NCBI GenBank assembly: GCA_030390025.1
Contig: CM059432.1
Coordinates: 44,704,001 to 44,768,000, forward strand
DNA from: Squalus acanthias
Taxonomy: Eukaryota
Reading direction: 5' to 3'
DNA length: 64,000 nt
A model generated the notes under the pieces. The model did no database searches. It was not told the DNA's origin and saw only the letters and a list, made by a program, of their open reading frames with translations. Position numbers and translations under genes: made by a program. How positions within the stretch are numbered: position 1 is the first letter of the stretch; each line of letters opens with the position of its first letter. Below are positions 1 to 10,808 of this stretch, in pieces.

Positions 1-72
1 ACTGCTGCCAACCTCGATGGTTCGTTCACATGTCCCCGGGGCTCTCACCGCGCCGCAGCAGGCCAGCAATCT

Positions 73-453
73 GTGCTCCAGCAGATTGCTCCGGATGCTG
101 AAGTGCTGCCCCGTGGGAGTGCCAGTGTGTCGGGCGAGCAGGGAGTTGCTGTCCTCTCTCACGATGACAGCATTCCTGCTGCCAACACTGTCACTTCTCC
201 ACTGCACTTGCCACCACCTGTAGGACAGACTGCTGCCGCCCATGCAGAGTTGGTGCAGTCTGCAGCCGGGCCCTCCAGGCCCAGAACTGGTCGAGGCCGT
301 CCTTCAGGGGCATCTGCAGTGTCAGGGTCTGACGATCAGCAGCCTTCCACCAGCCTTGCTGCAGCCACTGAGGTCCCATTACGGAGGAGCAGTAGGGTTA
401 GAAGGGGGGAAGTGCGCAAGGGAAGGAGATCACCCTCGAAGGGCAAAAAGTAG
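73..453 (+). pseudogene. C-terminal part of Harbinger Myb/SANT-like accessory protein
   Basis: The motifs AGPSRPR..RGRP, QQPSTS and PLRRSSR resemble the C-terminus of the Myb-like ORF at 22468-22899. Its position convergent with the transposase fits. Confidence 0.6.
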
Positions 454-765
454 GAGGTGTGACAAAATGCTGGTCATTTTTTTATTAAAGGCCGAGGTTC
501 GTGGTCCAACTTTTGTTTAGTGTTTTGGACATTATCTCCAGGTTGTGAGAACCAGTTATGTTAATGACTGTTTTTTTGTGTTTATTTCTATGAGTTTGTC
601 ATGAGGAAATGACACACACAGAGTTTGTAAAATAAATAAGTTTTTGTATTCAAAATATACATGTTTGGTGTTTGGAATTATTGGTGCCTTGGCCGGCTTA
701 GGGGTTGCGTGCTGGGTTCATTGATGTTGTTAGCAATGGCAGAAGCCATTTCCACAGCAGGGGCC

Positions 766-1925
766 CTAGAAGCGACTTGCTATCAGCCGTTGACGGACGG
801 CCCTTGCAGTTTCACCATTGTGGGCCGCCCTCCCGCCTTGGTGCTGCTGATGATCATCCTCCTCGTCCTCTTCCTCCTCTTCCTCCTCCTCCTCTGGTGG
901 TGCTCCAAGGCCTGGTGGCATTGGCTGGGTCCTGACGATTGCCATGTTATGCAACATGCAGCACACAACTACGAAGTTGGATACTCACTCAGGCGAGTAC
1001 TGCAGGGCTCCTCCAGAATGGTCGAGACAGCGGAACCGTTGCTTCAGCACGCCGATTGTGCGCTCAATGATGTTCCTGGTAGCTTGATGGCTCTCGTTGT
1101 ACCGCAGCTCAGCAGGTGTGTTGGGCGTACGGAGCGGTGTCATCAGCCAGGTGCTCAATGGATACCCCTTGTCCCCGAGAAGCCAACCAACTGGCTGATG
1201 CGGTGCCTCGAAAAGTTCTGCCACAGTAGTCTGGCGCAGGATGAAAGCATCGTGGCAGCTGCCAGGATAGTGGGCATTGACAGCGAGTATCAGCTGTCTG
1301 TGGTCACAGACCAACTGAACATTCAAGGAATGGAACCCCTTTCTGTTCCGGAATTCCTCGGCATTCTCATGTGGAGCACGCAAAGCCACATGCGTGCAGT
1401 CAATGGCGCCCTGCACCATGGGGAAGCCCGCTATCCTCGCAAAGCCCAGAGCACGGTCACGCTGCTTGTCTGGGGTCATGGGGAAAGAGATGAACTCTCG
1501 TCTCCATTTAAAGAGGGCATTTGTGACCTGCCTTTGCAGCAATGCACCGCGAACTGGGAGATATTGGCGAGGTCCCCAGCAGCAGCTTGAAATGAGCCAG
1601 TAGCATAGAAGTTGAGAGCCACTGTGACCTTCACTGCCACCGACAGAGACGTCCTGGACCTCAGTTGAGGCTGCAGATCTGGCTGCAGCAGGTGGCAGAG
1701 CTCAGTGACCACCTCCTTGCTGAATCGCAGCCTTCGCAAACACAGCTCCTCAGACAAATGAATGTAGGAGAGCTGTTCACGATATACCCTGGGAGGGTAA
1801 GCTCTCCTGTACATACGCCTGTTGGCCCTCCTCCGTCTGGCCATCATTGCCACTCTCTCTCTGCGTCTCTGTGTCCTCTGATTCAGCTGTAGCAGGACGA
1901 CGCCCCCATTCAGTGCAGCCACCAT
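766..1925 (-). pseudogene. Harbinger (HARBI1-like) DDE transposase, disrupted
   Basis: Motifs [64 protein letters not shown] and CCMLHN are present. There is a 1-bp frameshift near 1535 and an in-frame TGA at 985-987. Confidence 0.9.
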
Positions 1926-3329
1926 AGTCTCTTTGCAAGCAAAGTTATGAAGGACTGCAACCAAAGTACCAGCGAAGTTAGGATCAGTAGGCAAAACTAC
2001 CTCACAAAGCGTTGACTCAATGCAGAAGTCTCTCTTTCTCTCTCTCTGAATCTCTCTCTCTCTCTCAGAACGAGTGGTGCAAAAATGTCAACCACAGAAA
2101 AAGACAGGAAGAGGCCCCCTTTAAATAGCGCCCCCCCCAGCCCCACAGCGATTGATAGCGTTCCAGTCTTCTGGTCGTTGGATGCGCCAGGCGGTAAGGC
2201 AGGGGGCGCCACTCAATTTCCGCTCCGGGGCGCCACAAGGGCGTTGCACCATGGAATGACGTCACAATCTGCGCGCGCAGGTGGTCGCAGTGGTAAGGTT
2301 TAGCGCCGCCGCACAATGTCTAGTAAGTTCCCGAGCGGCGCAAACATCGCTGCGCCCGGGCGCTAGCGGCTTTGCGCCCCATTAGCGCCCTCTTAAGGCG
2401 CTAACGGGAGGCACAACCAACTGAATTTTTACCCCATAGTCTTTTTAAATATTCTGCAGTGCACCTACAAGAAGGCTGAGATAAATACTGCTATTCATCA
2501 GATCTATCTACTTTCTGAATTGTAATCTCAAGCATCTGCTTCAAAAGGCTGGCTTCATATTTAGAAATTATTTCATTTTGTTGCAGTTACTAATGAACCA
2601 ACAAATAGCACTAACATAAAAGAAAGATTGAACTCTTACTAAATAAATACTACATCTGAGAACTATTTTGGGCTGAATAGGAAAGACCTTTTCAATTCTA
2701 GTACAAACTATAGACTTTATTTAATGCAGATAAAGTCAGATAAACAAATAAATGCTTTGTCTTTATTAGATATCAGATTTTTTAATACTCAGTCTCTCTT
2801 TTCTTACACAGAAATCTCTAACCAAGTAGTACTGCATTGAATTTTATTTGTGTAAATACTTGTTACAGTAATCACTTTATTTAATATCCCAGCTTCAAGA
2901 TCAGCCAGAGAACACAGGAGTCAGTGGCTGACTAATTTTTAATTTAAGAATTTGATCTGAAATTTACATACCATTTTGAAAAGAACGTTGTATCTTCTAC
3001 CTTATTATTACTTCACTGTACATTTGTGACAAGCAATTAGTTTTAGGATATGGGATGAGTTTACCGTTACAGTATTTCCTAATGGAAATTAGCTATAGAT
3101 GGCAAACACGTAGCCACGCACTAGTTTGCATACAGGCTGCCCATGCGGCTCCTCTTTTAGTTACTGCTGGTATTATAGGCAATCAACAATAATGTAACAA
3201 TTTTAACAAATTTAGCAACTTCACTTATATCGACTTTTATATCTCAGTCAAAAATGTAAAAAGAGTTTCCACACAAGGTACACTTTAGCCAGAATATAAT
3301 CTGTCCATCTGTTATGTTCTGCCCCAGGG

Positions 3330-3712
3330 CAGAACCTCACTCAAGTCTTAGCCACTTACTAGGGAAGAGTAGCTGAAGTGGTTTTCCATTGCCTCCTTAT
3401 GGTTTTAAAAAAAATCTTCGGACTACCTTCTCCTAGGTGGGATGAAACCAAAACTAAAGAGCCGCACCTTTACGTTGTGGTGGTGGGGGGGCGAACCATC
3501 GCTGGCCGTCAACCCAGTAGTTAGAGCTGGTGCTATCTGGCGTGGGGCCCGAACCTTCTGACTCAGAGGCGAGAATACTACTGCTAAGCCAGTGGTCACT
3601 CTGTCCAAACATGAGTACCCTTGCTGGATGTCAACCCAGTATTTAGAGACCATATTCGAGTCTCCACTTGCCGGAGGTCAAACACCTTCACCACTCAGCC
3701 AAAGGCTCGCTA
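3330..3712 (-). mobile_element. Degenerate tRNA-derived SINE remnant(s)
   Basis: Minus strand shows A-box-like heads TGGCTTAGCAGTAG..CTCGCCTCTGAGTCAGAAGGTTCG and TGGCTGAGTGGTGAAGG. Confidence 0.4.
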
Positions 3713-5439
3713 ACACAATAACAGTGTGAGATTTTAAACGGCTGAAAGTGACAAACCGAATCCTTCAGAGATTTCCCTGATGCGCCGTTTTCAGTTTTAC
3801 AATCCAGCTGGAAACAAATGTCTGCACACCTGCATCAACACATTGATTTCTTTTTCTCCAAATAACTGATTTTTCCATTTGCCCTCTCAGCCCTTAACTT
3901 AAAATGAAAATATGGATGTTAAATCAACAGAAAATTAGAATAGATTGAAGCTGTCTGTGAGAATAATTGTTTATTGTTGCCTTCCTTCGTACTTGTTTAC
4001 TGTTAGACACTAATGCACAGTTGCCCTTTCTGTGTGCACTGTATTAAGGCAGTAAATTAAACTGTCAGCATTGAGTATCAAAAAAGTCACAGTTAGCACA
4101 ATGTCTAGTGCTATTTTCAAACTACAATAGCCTCCATTGTAATTTGAAAAGAATTCATCTATTTAGATAGAAAATTGGAACTTAATTTAGAAAATACACT
4201 TAACCTTTTTTCATTATTTAACTTTAGAGGGCTAATTTTAAATCCATTTTACTGTAATACCAATTGCTGCAGCATTTTTACATTAACAACACAACAGGAA
4301 TGTGACTACCAGATAATGTTTCAAACAATGAATCCTCCCCAACACCTTTCAAATTCTCAGAGCAATATTTTAACTAATTGTTAAAAATGTAACAACGCCC
4401 ACTTTTTTTCTGTCATTATTATTCATGAAAAAAACATTCATTGTTCTGTTGCCGTAACCTTTATAATAGGCAATAGAATCCCAGACTATCAGGACTAATG
4501 ATTTATGGTGACTGAATAAGTAAAATTCTGTTTTTTTTACATGGTATTATGGAGTTTTTACCATTATTTTGGTATGTGGTATTATGGGAATTTTACCAGT
4601 ATGAAATTCTGTCTGTTTTGCATGGAAGTCAGAAATGAATGGCCTGGATTATTATAATATGTTCCTTTACCTATATCTATTTCATATTATAAAGAAAAGG
4701 TGGGTCACAATAATTCATGCAGTACCTGTTTTGCGGGTAGGTTGTGCAGTGATTGGCATTTTCAGTAATACAGTAATTGGATAACATTACATCCCAAAGC
4801 TCCGTCTGCTGCCCTACACTGTGGTGTTTCCACTTTCCAAGCAACTCTGCAGCTTCACTACTGAGCTCAGCAAAAGTCCTTTGAATCTCCAACCAGGTAG
4901 ACTGAGTATGAGACAGACGCTGAAGTTGATTTGCGAGAGCTTTACCCTCATAAAATAACTAATTCTGATGAAACTGTCACTAATATACAAACATACTACG
5001 CTCCCCGAACTGGAGATACCAAAAGTTCTGAGTGAGCCTCCATCACTGTCCTTTGACTAGATATACTGTGAAGTTTTGACAAACCAGACCACAAGGTATT
5101 GTGCCACCTGATTTTCCTGCAAGGTTGTTGCAACCTGAATGCTTGGAGCTAGATGGAACCCACAAGCTGGCACTTGGCAAACTGTCACATTCAACTCCTA
5201 CCCTCCGTTCAGCAAATTGGCCCTTCCTGGGTCAACTTCGTGCTTCCTGATCAGTTGAGCTTGATTCTCTCGTGCCCTCTTCACCCACCCCACCCCATCC
5301 CATTGCTAAGATCAAAATCCATGTTGACAGAGGGAAGGGCAACTCCCCACAACTAACCGTTGAGATGAAAATTCACACTCCCCCACCTTTGGGAATGTTC
5401 CGGCTTTCTTTGTGACCCTCCCTCCCACTGGGACAGTTT

Positions 5440-5660
5440 TCCTGCCTTTACTTCCCCATTGCCATCCCACTCCCCCATTTCCCCATCTCCTCCATCCCTC
5501 CCCTTCTTCTTGTCCCCATCGTTCTACTCCTGTCTGCTATCCTCTCCCTTTGCCTCCTCACTCTCTGCCTTCCTGTACCCCTTTCCCTTACTCTGCCATC
5601 CTCCACTTCCTCTCCGCATCCACTCTCCCTCACTGCCCGGTCTCCTCCCCCTTACCTCTT
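5440..5660. repeat. Pyrimidine-rich low-complexity tract
   Basis: C/T-rich on the + strand with no fixed period. Confidence 0.7.
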
Positions 5661-5887
5661 AGCTTATTTGAGGTGTCACACTTTCCCACAACCAAGTTTC
5701 TTACAAATCTTTTGCAGTTGATCAGTTTCTATTAAAGTTTATTCCAGCTCAATGCAAGTGACTTCTGTCTGATATGCCAAGTTATCAGTTGTGATTTAAA
5801 TTTATTCATTATAATTCAGTAATATGAAACTTACTTAGAAAGATGAAGGAGAACTAAGCAAATTACTCAAACTGCTTTTTATTAAAA

Positions 5888-6927
5888 CATGGTTGTGGTG
5901 GTTGAAGGTCAATCATCACAGCCCCAGGACGTTGCTGCAGGAGTTCCTCAGGGCAGTGTCCTAGGCCCAACCATCTTCAGCTGCTTCATCAATGACCTTC
6001 CCCCCAACATAAGGTAAGAAATGGGGATGTTCGCTGATGACTGCACAGTGTTCAGCGCCATTCACAACTCCTCAGATAATGAATCAGTCCATGCCCACAT
6101 GCAACAAGACCTGGATGACATTCAGGCTTGGGCTGATAAGTGGCAGGTAACATTCGCACCACAGAAGTGCCAGGCAATGACTATCTCCAACAAGCGAGAG
6201 TCTAACCACCTCCCCTTGACATTTGACGGCATTACCTCCACCATCAACATCTTGGGGGTCACCATTGACCAGAAACTTAACTGGACCAGCCACATAAATA
6301 CTGTGGCAACAAAAGCAGGTCAGAGGCTAGGTATTCTGCGGCGAGTGTCTCACCTCCTGACTCCCCAAAGCCTTTCCACCATCTGCAAGGCACAAGTAAG
6401 GAGTGTGATGGAATACTCTCCACTTGCCTGGATGAGTGCAGCTCCAACAACACTCAAGAAGCTCGACACCATCCAGGACAAAGCAACCCACTTGATTGCA
6501 ACCCCATCCACCACCTTAAACATTCACTCCCTCCACCACCGGTGTACCGTGGCTGCAGTGTGTACCATCTACAAGATGCACTGCAGCAACTCACCAAGGC
6601 TTCTTCGGCAGCACCTCCCAAACCCGCGACCTCTTCCACCTAGAAGGACAAGGGCAGCAGGCGCATGGGAACACTACCACCTCCAAGTTCCCCTCCAAAT
6701 CACACACCATCCTGACTTAGAAGTATATCACCGATCCTTCATCGTCGTTGGGTCAAAATCCTGGAACTCCCTACCTAACAGCACTGTGGGAGTACCTTCA
6801 CCACACGGACTGCAGCAGTTCAAGAAGGTGGCTCACCACCACCTTCTCAAGGGCAACTAGGGATGGGCAATAAATGCTGGCCTTGCCAGTGACGCCCAGA
6901 TCCCATAAGCGAATAAAAAAAAAAAAA
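5888..6927 (+). mobile_element. 5'-truncated LINE, family X (CR1-group, poly(A)-tailed)
   Basis: RT motifs GVPQGSVLGP and FADD. The 3' end is CTAGGGATGGGCAATAAATGCTGGCCTTGCCAG followed by a poly(A) tail, highly similar to 48350-52655. Confidence 0.9.
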
Positions 6928-7734
6928 TTTGGCTGCCATTTGGATCCACCTCAGCAAACTGATTACAAACTTAAAATAAAGTTCATAACATAATTAAAAT
7001 ATTATTTCACAATAACACAATTAAACTTAACTATAAAGTTGCCTTTTTTATCCTGAAGTTCCTTCATTAACACTTTTACTTTGAACGCGTCAGCCTCTGT
7101 CAAAACGCGGCCTCGGATTTTAAATTTTTGCAGAGAGCTAACAACCTGTTAGTTGAATCAGACCTTCCCCACCTCCAGTTCAGCATTTGCAATGTGCAGG
7201 GTTTCCCAGTTGGATTTTGTCAGCTTAACTAAATGAATGTTTCTCTTCAGCCTTTAACACTACAGCCTAGAAATTTGATGATGCTGCACCTGTTTTACAG
7301 GCGCCAAAGCGCCCAGTAGAGCAGGTGGTGTGCGCACGCATATTCTGAGCTGGATGTGCACCGCTTGCCATATTGGTATAGGCATCAAAATAGATGCCCA
7401 GGGTCCTCACGTGCGAATAGGGGACCTAACGCCTGTTTGATGCCTTCTTTACTAAATTGGTTTGCCCCACTCGCCCGATCACCCTCCTCTTGGAAAACAT
7501 ACCTGTGGCCCGAGATTCAAATGGTCTTTGTCGGCAAGTTGCCTAGAGATGTCCAGCAGATGTCTGCAGTTCATTGGTTTGATAAGGCTCGAGGCTCAAT
7601 ATCAGGTGGGCCCTGGGGCTACCCATTCCAGCACAGGGATCGATCTCTGCAGCCAATTTATGCCAGCAGGCCGGTGTGAACCAATTTTGAGGTCCATGTA
7701 TCCATTTGTCTGTTTTTCCAAATATCTGAAGATA

Positions 7735-7846
7735 CGAATATAAGAAATGAGAACACCAGTAGGCCATACGGTCCATCGAGCCTACTCCGCCATTCATTAA
7801 GATTATGGCTTAACTTCTACATCAACTCTACTTTCCCACCCTATCC
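7735..7846 (-). mobile_element. CR1 3'-UTR fragment
   Basis: AGGCCATACGGTCCATCGAGCCTACTCCGCCATTCA matches the CR1 3' end seen at 49040-49090. Confidence 0.7.
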
Positions 7847-7858
7847 TATTAGCTATAG

Positions 7859-8561
7859 CAGCGTTTTTCAAACTGGGGCCCACGGATCCCTGGGGTCCGT
7901 AGAGACTTTCCAGGGGGTCCGCGACTGGAGGCGGCCGAAGGTAATTTCAAGCCTGCTCCTCTTTATAAAACAGACACTAATTCAGTTCTTGCGAATTATT
8001 CTCAACAGCTGGGCACGCCTCCTCACAGAGGCCCACAGCTCTCATTCACTTTGCAACGAGCACTCTCTGCCAGTCAAACCGATTCCTCGCCCTGGTGGCG
8101 CGACCACATGCCATCTTCCCAACAAGTGATCAGAGCGCCTGCAGGGTCCTTGAAACACACAAACACGTACAATCCCACAGTGCAGCTGTTACAGAACATG
8201 CCATTGGGACAGTATGGTGGTGAGTCATGCTTCCAGCAGCATTCCAGCATCTACGTGGGTGCTTGTGCCCTCACTCACCCTGGCCAGCCTGCTGACGGCT
8301 TTAAAAATTGTCCAGCACTAAGTGGCTAATAGTGGCCATCTGTTGCTGCAGAGTACCCAGAATTGGTGTGAGAAGCAGGCACACCCATCTCACAGACATC
8401 TGTAAGTAAATACCTGTTTTCTTAAAAGCATTATTAAAATACTCTTTACATACAAAACTTTCATATGAGCATTATGTCATAATATAATTTAGATGGGGGG
8501 TCCGTGATTACTAATCGATTTGAAAAGGGGTCCTTCAATTAAAAAAGTTTGAGAACCACTG
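7859..8561. mobile_element. Non-autonomous hAT (Charlie-like) element
   Basis: TIRs CAGCGTTTTTCAAACT / AGTTTGAGAACCACTG. An 8-bp TSD AGCTATAG (7851-7858) / ATCTATAG (8562-8569) matches at 7 of 8 positions. Confidence 0.85.
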
Positions 8562-8693
8562 ATCTATAGAACAAATTAGAATCATTTTATTCAGGTAAAA
8601 TTAATATTGTTTTTCTTTAATTACAGAGAGATTGTCTGGGTGAGAGACAGAGATAGAAATAATAACAGACAGAGGACATTTGAAGCATGACTT

Positions 8694-8812
8694 GGGGTAA
8701 TTTTCAACTTTACTGCCAGGGCATGTAATCTAGAGGAGCAGATCACCCGCCCTTCATAGAACTGCCTGATTTTTATTCCATGATTACAGGCATCAAAGTT
8801 GAAAATGACCCC
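8694..8812. mobile_element. 119-bp MITE
   Basis: 18-bp TIR GGGGTAATTTTCAACTTT / AAAGTTGAAAATGACCCC with 1 mismatch. No clear TSD. Confidence 0.7.
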
Positions 8813-9657
8813 CCAGGGGTACTGATTACACATCTAAACTTGCTTTCGTTTTATATTCAAATTCCAAAACAATCTATTATCTATTTTTCTAATTAAAAAA
8901 TGTAGCTTACGTCTTCGTATATAATAGTATGTCAGTTTATGCATTCTTGAAATTGATTTGAATGCAAGTTTTGGGATGAATTTATGAAGGAGTTGAGCTA
9001 AGTTTCAAATAAAAGCTATTAACTGCCTTTTTCATTTCCTAAGGTGAGTCAAGCTGAGGGAGACAAAGGGGGCGATTTTCTACTGCAGGCTGGCCGTTTC
9101 TCGCTAGAAAAATGGAAAGCTGGCAGTGAAAACTGGTGGGGGCACCTCAGCTGCCCCATTGACGCCCAAGGTCTGCCTGATGCAGTTTTCAGGCGGGCCT
9201 GTAAATGATCGAGTAGCCTGTCCGGCTGTTTCCAGTCGGAGTCTGCTTAAATATGCAAATCAGGATCTTATGCCGATTATAGGATTCCAATGCTGCCATG
9301 CCCCAGGACCTCAGTGATACCAAAAAGCCATGACCCCTCCTCTGTGTTAACAAACTCCAGGATCCTTAGTACTACCAAACATTGAAACCACCTCTCAATG
9401 CAACTAAACCCCAGGGATCATCCCCCAGAGCTACCAAAGCTCAGGAACCACTATCCATGCTGCTAAACCTGAGTATGCCCTCCCCACTGTTACAAAAAAC
9501 AAAGGAATCCCACTGTATTGCTGCCTAGCCTTACAATTCCTCCCCCATTGCTAAGCACTGTAGGGGGTGGTGGTGTGTGTCAGCTTCACCTCTGACTTAT
9601 GAGCGGTTTGAATCGCTCCCACTCCCTTGGTTCTAGACCTTGGACTTATTTGGGGGT

Positions 9658-10808
9658 TGTGACAAAAAATGCAGCAGACAACTGGTTTTGGTGCAAGAAA
9701 CTTTGACCTTTATTCAAGAGAGAAAATATAACACAACAATCTTAACACTCTAATAAAATGGGGAACACTTCGATACACACGAGGGAAATTACAGTAGAAA
9801 AATACCTCACCCCTCCCAATCCCACTTTACTAGCTAAGTTGGGCTCTAGAGGACCAGGGATAATGCTCACCAAACGAATCCTTGACAGTTGAGCTAGTTC
9901 GCGGTTTCGAGGTTCACTGGGTGTGTTGGTTGGTGCCTGCCGTACCCCGGACGCGGTAGAGGACTTTGACTGCGTGTCTGGTCAGTCTTCGCGAGTCCGC
10001 TGATGCGGTAGGGTGCGTATTGGATTTATTGGGTGAGTACCCACTTTTCTTCTGTTAGAGATAGGGGTTAGAGTCCTTTTAAGTAAAAATCTTACCCAGG
10101 GGTAAGTCAGGAATAGATTGCAGAGTGGAAAACTTGCGAAACTTCAGTTTTCTCCCGAGTTGGTTTTCTTTGGTCGCAGCGGCCCAATATTACCCGGTTG
10201 GTTGGTGGTAATATTCGGTTGGTTGTTTCGTAAGGCCCTTGTTGCCGCGAGGTGTCTGATGGTCACTGGAACTGTTGCTCTGGTCTCTTCTTGTGTGTTG
10301 ACCTGCTTCTAGAACTGTGAACTTCTTCGAACTCGATGAACTCCTGAGAACTGCCGAGAACTGTAGAGCTTGTAGAGAACTTGTTGTAACTGTGTAACTG
10401 CTGAACTGTCTTCTTGAGAAAACAGGCCCTCAATTATTCTAATTGGGGCCTCCTAATCTGCGCGCCAAATCAGTCCCGGTTTATTGTAAGATTTTGGCGG
10501 GCTCGTTAACAGTAACTTGTTTATGAATGTGTGAAGTGGTTTCGGGAGGGTTCCATGTGCTGTTGAGCTCTTACTTGATTGTAGTCATTGTGCTCAGGTT
10601 TCGAGTTTCCTGACTGGGCCTGAGATTTCTATGGAGTGGGGCGAGGTGATTTGTTTCATGAATGTTTTGGATGGGTCCTGTAATTTGGGTGGGGACTGCT
10701 CTTCCATGGGTCTATTGTTAGAATGTAAATTGTCTGATAGGGGCTGAGTGACGTTAAACAGTTCCCCAGACAGTTTGATTAACTCCAATACTCAAACTGT
10801 CTATTACA
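9658..10808 (-). mobile_element. Candidate solo LTR
   Basis: TGT...ACA ends, minus-strand AATAAA about 50 bp from the left end, non-coding and CpG-retaining. The TSD is unconvincing (GGGGT vs GAGAT) and the left boundary is uncertain. Confidence 0.4.

Larger units (their letters stand above)
1..2435. mobile_element. PIF/Harbinger DNA transposon 1 (left part lies outside the window)
   Basis: Transposase on the - strand converges on a Ser/Pro-rich, basic-tailed ORF on +. The GC-rich subterminal region ends ...CTGAATTTTTACCCC at 2435, matching the right end of the MITE at 14289-14948. Confidence 0.85.

Noticed and set aside
661..1590. 309-aa plus-strand ORF with a hydrophobic stretch
   Set aside because: Antisense shadow of the transposase. 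The Leu run is the complement of the poly-Glu codons.
4677..4900. Possible host exon
   Set aside because: No recognisable protein similarity and no convincing pair of splice sites.
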